Notes under the pieces: generated by a model
What the model was told of the DNA's origin: nothing
What the model saw: the letters and a program-made list of their open reading frames with translations, nothing else
Databases searched by the model: none
Part shown: piece by piece, positions 50,370 to 63,121 of the stretch
Numbering within the stretch: the stretch's first letter is position 1
Layout: each line of letters begins with the position of its first letter
Made by a program: the position numbers and the translations under genes
Assembly: GCA_964016885.1 (NCBI GenBank)
Contig: OZ024743.1
Location: 297,910,001-297,974,000 of the forward strand
Source: Eledone cirrhosa
Lineage: Eukaryota
Direction: 5' to 3'
Length of the DNA: 64,000 nt

Positions 50370-52190
50370 GTTCACAAACCGATTTGAGTTTTTTGAACAG
50401 TGCATAGCAACCAACCCTGACAGTAAGGTGTTCTGGAAATATGTACATTCTAAGCAGAGACCTCATTCTCCAGTTGGTCCTCTTTGCAATCCTCACACAA
50501 GCCAGTTACTGACAATCCAAAGAAATGCACAAAACTCATTGCTGAATGCTATGCAGGCATTTTAACTGTTGAAAACCAAAACGTACCATCTCTGACATCA
50601 AATTCTATAACAACTATGGAATTTACACCTGTAATGCTGTGACGTCACCTTAAGAATAAGCGCAACTATGGCTCTCCTGGTCTTGATGGTGTTAAGTACC
50701 TGCTTCTCAAACATGGTGGGTACTTTCTTCTGCACCAGCTTTCACTCTTCTTTCAATTCTGTCTTAACAACGGTGCTACTCCAGAACAGTGGAAAACTGC
50801 CAGTGTCGTTCCTCTGTTCAAAAAAGGTGAGTGCGCATCGCCTGTCAACTATCGTACTGTCAGTCTTACTAGCTGCATTGCCAAATTGATGGAATCCTGT
50901 GTCAGAGAAACACTCTGGAATTTATGGAATTCTCACAGCATTATCCAGCCCTTGCAATTTGGATTTATCCCTAACTCCAGCTGCTGTGATCAACTTACCG
51001 AGTTTCATGAAGCAATCGCTCGGATCACTAATGGCGGCTTATGGGTGGATGTTGTTTACCTTGACTTTGCTAAAGCTTTCAATTCTGTGCTACACAAAAG
51101 ACTCTCTGCAATGGGTGTGAAAGATGATCTTTTTAACTGGTTGTAGTCCTTCATTCTTAGTCGAAAAGAGGTAGTCACAGTTCTAGGACAGCATTCTTCA
51201 CCCTATGAGATGTCATCTGGTGTACCACAGGGATCTGTTCTTGGTCCCCTTTTGTTTGTTGCATATATTAATGACATAGATGCCAACTTAAAGAATGCCA
51301 CAGTGCTGAAATATGCAGATAACATCAAGCTGTACCTTGAGATAAAAAGGACAGATCTTTCCTGCAATCAGACCTGGACACAATGCAGCAATGTATCACA
51401 GACTGGCAATTCAACCTGGCTGTGGACAAGTGTACCACCATGCATTTTGGGAGGAAAAACCTAGCGTCCATATACTCCCTCCACAACACTAATATCAAGT
51501 CTTCTTGTGAACGTGACCTGGGCATTACTGTCAGCAGCGATTTGTGTTGGACAAAGCACATCTCTAAAATTGCCAAGAAGGCTGAGGGTGTCTTGGCATC
51601 ACTCAGCAAAACATTTGTCAGCCGCGAAGCTATATATAGCTATGGCGCAGCCACACTTAGAATTTGCATCACCAGTCTGGAAGCCCTATCTTGCTCAGAA
51701 CAATGACCTCGTGGAAACTGTTCAGAGATGTGCAACCAAGCTAATGCCCTCCATCAGGCATCTACCATACTCTGAACGCCTTGCTTCCTGGACATGGATA
51801 CATTGAAGTTCCAACATCTGGCAACTGACTTGGTAAACACCCACAAAATTATTAACCATCTTGCCAACAACAACCCTGAGCACCATTTTGAATTCCATGT
51901 GTCTAACACACGCGGGCATGCCTACAAAGTCAGAAAACAGCACAGCTCCCATGACTTTGGGAAACTTTTTTTCACGCTCAGAGTTGCTGAAGCATGGAAC
52001 AAACTATCTGCATCAGTGTTAGATGCCGAGACACTGCATCCTTTAAAACCTCCATGCTTCCTGACATTCGCCAACACTACACCTGACATCCCCCCTCCAT
52101 ACACTATGCATGCACCGTTAACGAGTTGTAGTGCACTTGAGCACTGTACACAATAATTTCATTATTATTATTATTATTATTATTTTATTT
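50370..52190 (+). mobile_element. Decayed CR1/L2-group LINE in intron 2, antisense to the gene
   Basis: QFGF, VDVVYLDFAKAFNSV, SGVPQGSVLGPLLF, YADNIKLY, NTRGHAYK; (ATT)n tail. Confidence 0.9.
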
Positions 52191-52381
52191 TAAGAACATG
52201 AAGGATACAATTGTTTAGGAAAGAAATGTCAAGTAAAAATGTAAACGAATTAGCTTCCTTTGAACACGAATTTGCCACATTGCTTGAGATTTTACTTGCA
52301 GAATTTAATATCTAAAAAAAAAAAAAGCGACTGCATTTTTTAATAGAAATAAAATAAACAATTCTTGATTATAATTTATAC

Positions 52382-52590
52382 TTTTGGAACATGGTCACAA
52401 ATTTGGAATTGAGCTCAGAACTAATCCTGGGTGTAATGATTCTGATATAAGTTGTTTTTTTTGGGGGGGTTCCAGATACTTGATTTGTTGTGTTTACATT
52501 CTGGTGTCCCATTGATGTATGATAACTATCTATTGTATTAGAACTCCTTGACTCTGATCTGACTCCTGTCCTGCTCAACAGACATTTCAT
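52382..52590 (-). CDS. STPR-BTB gene exon 2 (ATG at the first exon base)
   Basis: ttttcccccag|ATG acceptor. This is the only open frame. The AA|gtataa donor (phase 2) matches exon 3. Confidence 0.6.
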
Positions 52591-53369
52591 CTGGGGGAAA
52601 ACGGGGAAATGTTACCATTTTGATTTTCTCTCATTGGTACAAGCGAAACATTTCTAATAGTCAATATTTTCAATCATACACATTTATTATTTTATCGAAT
52701 CTGTTTTGTCTGTGATTTTTAACAACCTTTTAAATTAATTCCATCTCATCCACAACTTGCTGAAACATTTCAGACATTAAATAAAATACTCTAATTTATT
52801 TTGTGACAACAAAAAGAGACCTTATATATTCTGAAAATGAGTTTTTCATTCCTATCTAACATTTACAAATCGTTGCTAGTTTTGTATTACATTGTATAAA
52901 GCAATATAATAGACGGTATCTAATCGATACATAGTTGCATATTTCCCTAAGTTATATTCTTTAGTAGATTTTCACCCATACTATAGCAATGATTTGTCTT
53001 TTAGCATCATCTGACGATTATTTAATACACACCATTTGCTTGTTGAATAGTGTACAATTATAAATAAACAAATCACGATAGACAATTTAAGTGTACTAAA
53101 TAAACAAAAAACAAATAATCAGGTATTGACCTCGACTACAACTGTTCTAAAGTTTTCAAAAGCTAAACTCCCTAATACAGTCCGGACACGATATATGACT
53201 ATGAAATTTGTTTTCTCATTTTGAAAGTCATAACAAATCTAAACACACACACATAAATAAAGCCAAAGTCAACATCACTAGTAGTCAGTTTTTCCAACAA
53301 TTCACTATTTCCTTCTTACACCGTCTGAAAGCCACTTGTATTATTTTAAACGATCAAGATTCCACGTAC

Positions 53370-53800
53370 CGATTGGTGTGGAACTCATCAGATCGGACTA
53401 AAGAAAAATGTTTCATTGGTCTTTCCAATTGCTGATACTATCTACTGTTGGCAACTCCAGACAGAAGGAGCAGCGTGAAATAAAGTGTCTTGTTAGGGGA
53501 TATAAACACATCACCCGGCCTGGTAATCGAACTCACCTCCCTCACTATCCTCCGGGGAAACGTCTTCTCTATTTTGTCCGCCGGGGCCACCAGCGCGTAG
53601 GCCCTCATTTACTCATATTAGTGAGAGGTGGGGAGAGCGGTGAGTGAGAGTTTGCTCCCTTTGTGTTCGGATCTAGTGAATATGTATGTTTCACAGACAC
53701 ACACTCGCACTGAGGCAGAGTAGTTATTCTCTGCTCATTTGGCCTCTTACCTCACGATTGTGAATCTAACTCTCTAACCACTAAGCCACGCGCCTACCCT
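53370..53800 (-). mobile_element. tRNA-derived CORE-type SINE interrupted by a CRE-like 3' fragment (about 53540-53750, +)
   Basis: The SINE halves match 62900-63120; the insert matches 25540-25700. Confidence 0.7.
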
Positions 53801-53939
53801 ATCCAAGCATTACTTTTCTTCTCTTGTTATGCTTATAGCATTACTTAGTCTTGCATTTTCTAACCTTAGATTTCTTTGTTCCTGATAAATATTTTTCATA
53901 AAATTCTTCTCCCCATCTCTCATGCACACACACTCTTAC

Positions 53940-54352
53940 CTTCTCTCTCCGTTTTGAGGATTATTTCTGATTTGTTCTATGGGTGGTATTTTTTCTTCCA
54001 GAGAAAGTCGATGGTATGCTTCACGATGTTGCGCAGCATTATCTTCTAAAATACGCTCACGCTGTTCTTGAGAGAGATGTTCTTTCGCAGCCCTACGCCG
54101 CTCAGCATCTCGTGCCCGAATTTGTTTTCGCTGTCCTTCGGAAAGACGTTGTCGTGCTGCCCTACGCCGCTCAGCTTCTCGCGCCAGAATATGTTGTCGC
54201 TGTTCTTGAGAAAGTTGATTTCGCGCTTGTCTTCGTCGATCTGCATTAATCTGTCTCTGTTTCTCCCTATCTGCTTCATTCATGCTCCGTCTTCTTGCCT
54301 GCTGGCGCTTCTTTGCTGCTTCTGCACGGGTAGTTCTACGATACTCATCCAT
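53940..54352 (-). CDS. Upstream exon / ORF of 23-aa STPR-like repeats (~138 aa)
   Basis: LSQEQRQHILAREAERRRAARQR / LSEGQRKQIRARDAERRRAAKEH / LSQEQRERILEDNAAQHREAYHR; AAG|gtaaga donor at 53939. Confidence 0.8.
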
Positions 54353-54409
54353 ACTGACGGTAAAATCCCAAACCAAAACAAAAACAATAAAATTATGTGG
54401 CGGACCTCT

Positions 54410-54421
54410 CGCCTTATATAC
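54410..54421 (-). promoter_or_regulatory. Candidate TATA box for the STPR exon
   Basis: GTATATAAGGCG about 65 nt upstream of the ATG at 54352. Confidence 0.4.
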
Positions 54422-55289
54422 TCTGTCTGGCCGTGCGTAACAATATTATGGCCGTTATTACTGAAACTATTTGTAATGTCATGGCTTCGTATAAGTGCAG
54501 TTAGTAGTAAACAGCTATATAGTAAAAGTCTTTTTTTTTTTTAAGTCTGTGTTGCGTTGTCTATATGTTGAAGTCTTTTTTTTTTAAATCAAAATTCGTT
54601 AATTGCTATAGTGACAGCGTTTTAATCATTCTATCTTTCACACACACACACACACACACTCTCAACAACAACCTGTCATTTTTAAAGTCAGTCGTCAACA
54701 CTTTCATTCTCACGCCATAAACGATCCATGTTTCACACAAACACACTTTCTCACTGTATTTCTCTCAACAACTTTTCACTCCTCCCTTCACGCTCGTTAG
54801 TTAGTGGCATCGACACAGCAGGTACGAGTGAGCTACGTGTGTGTCATAATGATATTTTCCCTATATCTACTATATATTTGAGAGTGTATATATGCACCCG
54901 AAATGCTCCGAAGCGGTTCGTCCTATACAAAAATGGGTTTGATTTTCGACATCTGCGGCCCAAGAAGAGTGTTTTGGGTTATTAGTAATCAACAACTATA
55001 ATTTGCTAAAAGAAATAACTCAACTAAAAGATTTCCAAAATTGAATGTCTTTAGAAGCCGCCATTATTTCTAACAAAAATCTATATTATAATTCTGTGTG
55101 TTCGTTCGTTCTAGCGTTATACTTTATTTACTTAGAGAGAGGTGGAGTGGGTGAGAGAGAGTGGCGGAGTGATATAAAGACTGCTAAAAAGTAGGAATGG
55201 GAGGGTAAGCGACTGAAGAGTGGCAAATACCATTTGCGTGTGTGTGTGTGTGCGCGCGCGCATGTGTTTTTGTCTTGTCTGCATTCTTT

Positions 55290-56550
55290 AACTCTTTCTT
55301 CTTTTTGGCCCACTTATTCCTGAGAGGGTTGTGGGGGCAGAGTCCTCAAACACTCCTTCCAGCGGGTCCTGTCAAAAGCAACTATCTCCAGCTGGATCCC
55401 CAAGCAAAACCAGCCAAACTCGTGGATGTTATCCAACCATCATTGCTCGGGATCTACCCCTGGGTCTCCTGCTGGTTGATTTTACCAGTAAAATCTCCCC
55501 AGCGATTCTTTCCTGAGACATTCTAACCGCATGCCCATAACATCGGAGCTGAGATCTCTCAATTCGGAGAAGTAGCGACTCTATCTGGAGTGATAGTCTG
55601 ATCTTCAAGCTATGCACTCTATCGAGTAACATTACTGAAAAAACCCTTCAGAGGAATCCCTTTTCAGCTACTTGTATTCGCGATCGTATTCTTTTGGTCA
55701 TTACCCAAGATACCAAATTGAAGAAAGCGAATTTGGTTTTTACGCCTACCTCTCTTCTTCTGATTACCGAATGCTGAAGCTGATGCATTATTGCACCAGC
55801 TCCTACAATTCTTGTACTTAATTCAGCCTCCTGCATTCCATCACCCGGTAACATGGCCCTGAGATGCTTCTTGAACTTCTCTACCTGCTTCAGTTGAACT
55901 CCATTTACATGCAAGGTGCACTGCGCAGGCTTCCTTGAGAGAACTAGTATCGCAGTTTTCGCAGCATTGATTTTTATTCTAGCCATGCAGCACTCGGCAT
56001 CAAACCTATTAGCAAGGGAGGAGGATGCTCCGAGGCCATAGTATCTAGAATAAGAACAGGATGGAAGAAGTTTAGGGAGCTGCTTCTTCTGTTAACAACA
56101 AAGGGTTTCTCCCTATGAACGAAAGGTCGGCATGGTAGTAAGATGTGAGCGGAAACTGCGGAGGATATGCTAAGGCTGGAGAGAAATGAAGCAAGCATGC
56201 TTCAATGGATGAGCAATGTCAATGTGTGTAAACGACCAAGCATGGACAAGTTGAGAGAGAAACTGTATATAAGAGGAGGCTGAAGTGTGCAAGAGAGAAG
56301 ACTATGTTGGTATGGTCATGTGATGCATATGGATGATGACAGCTGGGTGAAGAAGTGCCAAGTTATCCCAGTGGAAGGACGCTGCAGTAGAGGAAGACCA
56401 CGGAAAACATGGGCGGAGGTGATGAGAGGTGACCTCAAATCACTGAAGCTCACAGAGGAGACAAAGGACAGTGATGAATGGATAGATGCTGTTCTGAAGA
56501 GAACCCGTCTCAGCCTTGCAAGCAGGGAAAAGCAGAGGTAAAATGATAAT
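55290..56550. mobile_element. Two RTE LINE fragments back to back: 55290-56005 (-) and 56005-56550 (+)
   Basis: KINAAKTAILV...QVEKFK, QLRCYGH; ERRLCWYGHVM...GRPRKTW. Confidence 0.85.
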
Positions 56551-56554
56551 GATA

Positions 56555-57920
56555 TGAACAGTGGAGGGGGAGAAACATTTCTAACTTTCAAAGAAGCATG
56601 CTTGCAACTTGATTTTACAGAAAATTATGACTATTTTAACCAAGCTCTGCAGAAACCTCTGCCTATTACATGCCAACACAGCTTTGTATGATGTTTGCTG
56701 CCAGCCAGTGCACTGCAACACCTATAAGGAGTCAATAATTGAGGACTATTTGCATCAAAGGATAGATGGCCAGCAAACTGAAAATATGACACTTGGTTAC
56801 ATTAATGCAATGTTGGTTGAAAATGGTAACAACTGCACAAGACTAGGCCTACCTCAGCCCATTGAGATGCTTGAACTTGAGTTTTAAGCTAACATCAACC
56901 ACCCTGATGCTGTTTCTCTTACTGAAGAGCAATGAGTGATTGCTGATAATGTAATTGTTCAACAAAGGAGAAAAGGTGAAAGGCCTGCACATAACTGCTT
57001 CTACACAGATGCACCTGAAGGGTGTGGCAAAACATATCTGTTCATTGCAAATGAATAACTATCATGTGTGTTGCAATGCTTGGGTCAGCATAGTGTTTCC
57101 ACTACTGCTGTGAGGTAGAAATATGCACCATTTATTTAATCTACCTGTTCCATTAACAAAGACCAGTGTGTGTAATGTGTCTGGCTCATCTTGCCATGCC
57201 AATTACTTATGGAACTTGGATCTCATAATACTGGATGAAGTTTCTATAATTCCTCCCTATGTAATTCCTGCCACTGATAAGTCCCTTCAAGACATCACTC
57301 GTGTCAGTGAAGTGTTTGGAGGAAAGGTTTACTTTTGGGAGGTGTCTTCAGGTAAGTGTTGCCAATATTAGCAAAGAGTACCTGTGGTGCTCATTAGAAA
57401 TATGCCTTAAAAACTCCAATCTGTGGCACTTCTTTCAAAATGTTACATTAAACAATAATATCAGAGTCAGAGAAGATCTTAGAGAGTTTGCTAAGTGGCT
57501 ACTACATCTTGGCAATGGAACAGCACCTTCAATTGAGAACTGAATATGAATGAAGATGATGTTAATGTGACTCCATTCTCATATGTAAATAACTCTTTAG
57601 TGAAACAAACTTTCAGCAATACAATGTAAGTAATTTTATCTCCCCAAAATGCTGATAGCCTATTAATTATTGAAGAGGTTCTCAGAGAACTATCCGGTAA
57701 CTGCCATACTTATTACAGTACTGATAGTGTGATAGCAGAGGTTGACATATTCTACTGAATTTCTGGATCCACTTACACCTTCCGGGATCTCACAAACTCC
57801 AATTAAAAGCAGGTTTCAATAATAATGCTTCTACAGAATATTTCAATCCGGAACGGATTATGCAATGACACAAGATTAGAAGTAGTGGGATTGCATCAAT
57901 ATTCCATTGAATGTTTTTTT
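56555..57920 (+). mobile_element. Highly decayed Helitron PIF1 helicase relic
   Basis: FYTDAPEGCGKTYLF, HHLFNLPV, LIILDEVS, FAKWLLHLGNG, LLQNISIRNGLCNDTRL. Confidence 0.85.
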
Positions 57921-58514
57921 TTCATAGTCTGTCAAAACGATCTTTTCTTTTATTTCATATTGTCGCTGTGTGGCTTGGTAGGTAATCGACTCACGATTAT
58001 AAGGTTGTGAGTTCCATTCTCGACAGCGCGTTGTGTCCTTGAGCAAGACACTTTATTTTGCGTTGCTGACAAAAATGAATTAAAAGAGTAGGAAGTAAAA
58101 AAAATGTTTATGTCTATGCACTAAATGGAAAAATAAATAAAAACATAATTTATCGACAAATGAAAAATTGCCCCAAATAATGCAGAAATCCGTCCTGAAC
58201 AAGAGGCCTATACATCGAAGAAGACCTTACTGAAGAAAGCAGAAAGAAAAGAATTCTTTCATGTATAAATCTGGATAACTACACTCATCTATGTTCATCT
58301 TAACCAGCCTATCAGATAATCAAAATAAAGTGGAGGATAGTGGTGCACCACAAATAGTTTCTAATACAGGCACAAGGCCAGCAAAGTTTGCCTGGGGTGC
58401 AAGACTCGAATAAATCAACTCCAGTACTTCACTAATACATTATCAGCACTGAAAAGATGAGAGTTGAATTTAACCTCAGTAGGATTCAAAAACAAAAACA
58501 AAAATGACCAACAA

Positions 58515-58725
58515 TTCCCCACCAGATGCAACAATCAACCGTACATCATAAGGGGCAATTGAACACTTTGAGGCAAACCAACACACTTGCAACATTACCA
58601 AGGGTGATGGCGAGGCTAAGGCACTGAAACAATCAGGCACCTTCACGGGCTTCACCTGACACCTCAGTAAGGCGAGCTGCCAACAATGACAAGAACTTCG
58701 CTGTCAGCAGCCCAACTCCACCAAA
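58515..58725 (-). mobile_element. CRE-like RLE 3' relic
   Basis: Minus strand ...VSGEAREGA*LFQCLSLAITLGNVASVLVC. Confidence 0.65.
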
Positions 58726-59019
58726 CATATTAGCTGGAAAAAATAATTATTAGATAAATGCAGGTATTTCAGAATTTTCCGTTCCACAACGGAAGCAGTG
58801 ACCCCAACTGTGTGAGCAATTTGTAACGTTATTTATGTATATATATATTATTTAATTTAAAAAAAGAGCTTTGTAAACAAACATATATATATATTATATA
58901 TATTATATATTATAAATATATATATATATTATATATATATATCTTATAAATATATATATTATATAAATATATTATAAATATATATATTATATATTATAAA
59001 TATATATATTTCAAATTCC

Positions 59020-62000
59020 AAACTTAGAAGCAGGGACTAGAAAGAAAGGGTCTCAAAGTCAACCTGACAAAGACTAAGGTTCTTGTAAGTAGATGAGAAA
59101 ACAGAACCCAGATCCCCTCAGGGAAATGGCCTTGCTCAGTATGTAGGAAAGGTGGGAACTCCATTCTCTGCCCCAAATGCAATTGTACACAAGAGATGTA
59201 GTGGGATCTCAGGAAGCTTAACTACGAATGTAGGCTTCACATGTAGTAGCTGTGCTGGGACAGCAGCAAGCAGGAAACAGCCACAGGAAACAAGTACCAG
59301 CAAACTCTGGGAGGGCTCTGTAGAAACAGTAGACAGCTTCTGCTACCTAGGTGACCAAATTAGCAGTGGAGGTGGGTGTTCGGAAAGTACAATAACTAGG
59401 GTAAGAACGGGATGGAAGAAGTTCAGGGAGCTACTGCCACTGCTAGCTGCAAAAGGCTTCTCCCTCAAAATGAAAGGCAGACTGTATGCTGTGTGTATAC
59501 GAACAGCAATGTTACATGGTAGTGAGACCTGGGCGCTGTCTGTGGAAGACTTGCGTAGATTATAAAGAAACGAAGCCTGCGTGCTCCAATAGATGTGTAA
59601 TAGTAATATACGCGAACGGCAAAGCATAAACGAATTGAGAGAGAGACTGAACATAAGATGAATCAAATGCTGTGTGCAGGAGAGGCGGTTGCGTTGGTAT
59701 GGACATGTGATGCGTATGAAGGATGACAGCTGCATAAAAAGGTGCAGAGCACTAGAAGTCGATGGAAACCGCGGAGTGGCGAGACCCAAGAAGAGCTGGG
59801 ATGAGGTGATAAAAGCCAACCTTACCCAATTACACCTCTCAAAGGCGATGACACACGACCGTGATCTCTGGTGTCACGCAGTAATACAGAAGACCCGAAG
59901 CTGAAGCATATAGACAATATGCCGCCACACCCTCCCACTGCAAAGTGGTCGTGGAGGTGCCATGGCGATGGATGAGATCTGTGGCTGGAGTAAGACCACA
60001 GGCAGGAGGAGAGTGACTTGGTGGAACAATAAGGTAGATGAGGCAGTTAAGGCCAAGAGACAGGCATGGAAAGGATGGAAGAACGGGGGAAGCAGGGTAC
60101 ATTACATAGAGACCAGGAGAGAAGCTAGGCGACAAGTATACTTAGCTAGGAGGGAAGCAGAGGATAGAAAATTCAAGCATGTTTTGCAACGTGAGGACCA
60201 GAAACAGGTGTTCAAGATTGCAAGGCAGTGTGTCAGAGAGAGTTGTGATGTCATTGGAGAGAAGTGTATCTGGAATGATAAAGGTGAGCTTGCGCTCACA
60301 AGTGCTGAGAAGAAAGATGCGTGGAAGAGCCATTATGACAGATTAGTAAATGAGGAGTATGCATGTGAAGAAGAGACCCTACCCCAAGTAGACCCTATAG
60401 AGGGGCCAGCAGTACAAGTCAGCAGCAGCGTAGTAAGTAAGGCAATCAAAGATATGAAGACAGGGAAGGCAACTGGTCCATCGGGTATAGCTGCCGAGAT
60501 GCTGAAGGCATCTGGGTCGATAGGTCACACCATAACCACACGTATTGTTAACCAGGTAATACTAGGTCTCATACCAAAGGACTGGTGCAGTAGCATCATT
60601 ATCAACTGCTACAAAGGTAAAGGTGATGCACTAGATAGAGGAAACTATAGAGGTATAAAGCTGATGGACCAGGTCATGAAAGTAAGAGAAAGAGTTATAG
60701 CACAGTTGATTAGGGACCGGGAGAAACTAGATGAGATGCAATTTGGGTTTGTGCCAGGAAGAGGCACCACTGATGCCCTCTTCCTTATGAGGCAGTTACA
60801 GGAAAAGTACCTAGCTAAAAGTAAGCTGCTCTACCTGGCATTCGTCGATCTGGAAAAAGCCTTTGACAGAGTTCCCCGTGCTATAATCTGGTGGGCTCTT
60901 AGAAAACTAGGAGTAGATGAATGGCTTGTGAAAGCTGTACAAGCCATGTATAGGGGAGCAGTCAGCAAAGTTAGGATTAGCAATGAGTATAGCGAGGAAT
61001 TTAGCGTACAGGTCGGTGTCCACTAGGGCTCTCTTCTTAGCCCTCTCTTGTTCATCATATTGCCTCCAATAACGGAGGAGTTTAAGACCAGATGCCCATG
61101 GGAACTCCTGTATGCAGATGACCTCGCACTTATAACCAAATCTATGGTAGAACTAGAGAAGAAATTCCAAACTTGGAAGCAGGGTCTAGAAAGAAACGGT
61201 CTCAAAGTCAACCTGACAAAGACTAGGGTCATTATGTAGGAAAGGTGTAGGTAGGAACTCCATTCTCTGCCCCAAATGCAAACAATGGGTACACAAGAGA
61301 TGTAGCAGGATCTCAGGAAGCTTAATTAAGAATGTAGGCTTCACATGCAGCAGCTGTGCTGGGACAGCAAGCAGCAAACAGCCACAGGAAACAAGTACCA
61401 CCAATCTCTGGGAGGGCTCTGCTACCTAGGTGACCGAATTAGCAGCGAAGGTGGGTGTTCAGAAAGTACAATAACTAGGGTAAGAACGGGATGGAAGAAG
61501 TTCAGGAAGCTACTGCCACTGCTATCTGCAAAAGGCTTCTCCCTCAAAATGAAAGGCAGACTGTATGATGCGTGTATCCGAACAGCGATGTTTCATGGTA
61601 GTGAGACCTGGGCGCTGAAGGTGGAAGACTTACGTAGATTAGAGAGAAACGAAGCCTGCATGCTCCGATGGATGTGTAATAGTAATATACGCGAACGACA
61701 AAGCATAAATGAATTGAGAGAGAGACTGAGCATAAGAGGAATCAAATGCTGTGTGCAGGAGAGGCGGTTGCGTTGGTATGGACATGTGATGCGTATGAAG
61801 GATGACAGCTGCATAAAAAGGTGCAGAGCACTAGAAATCGATGGAAACCACGGAGTGGGGAGACCCAAGATGACCTGGGATGAGGTGATAAAAGCCGACC
61901 TTACCCAATTACACCTCTCAAAGGCAATGACACACGACCGTGACCTCTGACATTACGCAGTAATACGGAGTACCCGACCTCCCATGGGTACAAGCTGAAG

Positions 62001-62290
62001 CATATAGACAATATGCCCCCACACCCACCACTGCAAGGTGGTCGTGGAGGTGCCACGGCAAAAGAACACCCAGCCCACACTGTAAAGTGGACGTGTAGGC
62101 GCCACGAAAAAGCACCGAGCACTCACTGTAAATGAGGTTGGTGTTAGGAAGGGCATCCAGCTGTAGAAATCAAGCCAAATCAGTTCCTGTATGAGCAAGG
62201 CATGGTCAGCCGACCAGACACTGCTCACAACAGGACAACCCGTCTAACCCATGCTAGCGTGGAAGAACGGACGTAAAACGGTGATGATGA
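59020..62290 (+). mobile_element. RTE LINE family B: a 3' fragment (59020-59965) fused to a longer copy (59966-62290)
   Basis: RT ORF 59962-61026, C-terminal ORFs, and a 3' UTR with a GATGATGA tail; several stops and frameshifts. Confidence 0.93.
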
Positions 62291-62407
62291 TATATAATAT
62301 ATATATATAATATATATAGATATATATATAAATATAATATATATATACATAATATATATAGATATATATATTATATATATATAGATATATAATATATATA
62401 TATATAG

Positions 62408-62439
<32 letters not shown>

Positions 62440-62515
62440 AGTATTGAAATTTCCGTTGGAAACAGAAAAGGTCATAGAAATGAAGAGTGCTCTATGTAAG
62501 TATCAGAGCAAAATT

Positions 62516-62858
62516 TAATGTATAAAAATCAATACAATATAATTACCTCATTACCAGAGGTTTCCCGAATGAGGCGAATACGAAATAAACGACTTCATTC
62601 GTTCGTCAGACGAGGCAATATAAAACATGGGTAAATACTTAGAAAAACTCATCAAGAAAATCAAAAAAAGATATAGATAAATGAAATATTCATTTATCTA
62701 TATCTTTTTTTGATTTTCTTGATGAGTTTTTCTAAGTATTTACCCATGTTTTATATTGCCTCGTCTGACGAACGAATGAAGTCGTTTATTTCGTATTCGC
62801 CTCATTCGGGAAACCTCTGGTAATGAGGTAATTATATTGTATTGATTTTTATACATTA
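62516..62858. repeat. 343-bp palindrome (170-bp arms, 3-nt loop) containing a hammerhead-like core
   Basis: 62516-62685 is the reverse complement of 62689-62858. Confidence 0.95.
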
Positions 62859-62865
62859 TATATAT

Positions 62866-62899
<34 letters not shown>

Positions 62900-62900
<1 letters not shown>

Positions 62901-63121
62901 TCTTAGTGATCGACTTTCGTCAAATCGGACCGAGGAAACAATGTTTCCGTTGGTCTTTCCAATTACTAATACTATCTATCAGTCGCAACTCCAGGTAGAA
63001 GGAGCAACGTGAAAATAAAGTGTCTTGCTCAAGGACATAACGCATCGCGTGGTCCAGGAATCAAACTCACAACTTCACGATTGCGAATCCAATTCTCTAA
63101 CCACTCAGCCACACGCCTTCC
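62900..63121 (-). mobile_element. tRNA-derived CORE-type SINE
   Basis: GGCGTGTGGCTGAGTGGTTAGAG...GTTTGATTCC...GTCCTTGAGCAAGACACTT; another partial copy at 57965-58070 (+). Confidence 0.8.
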
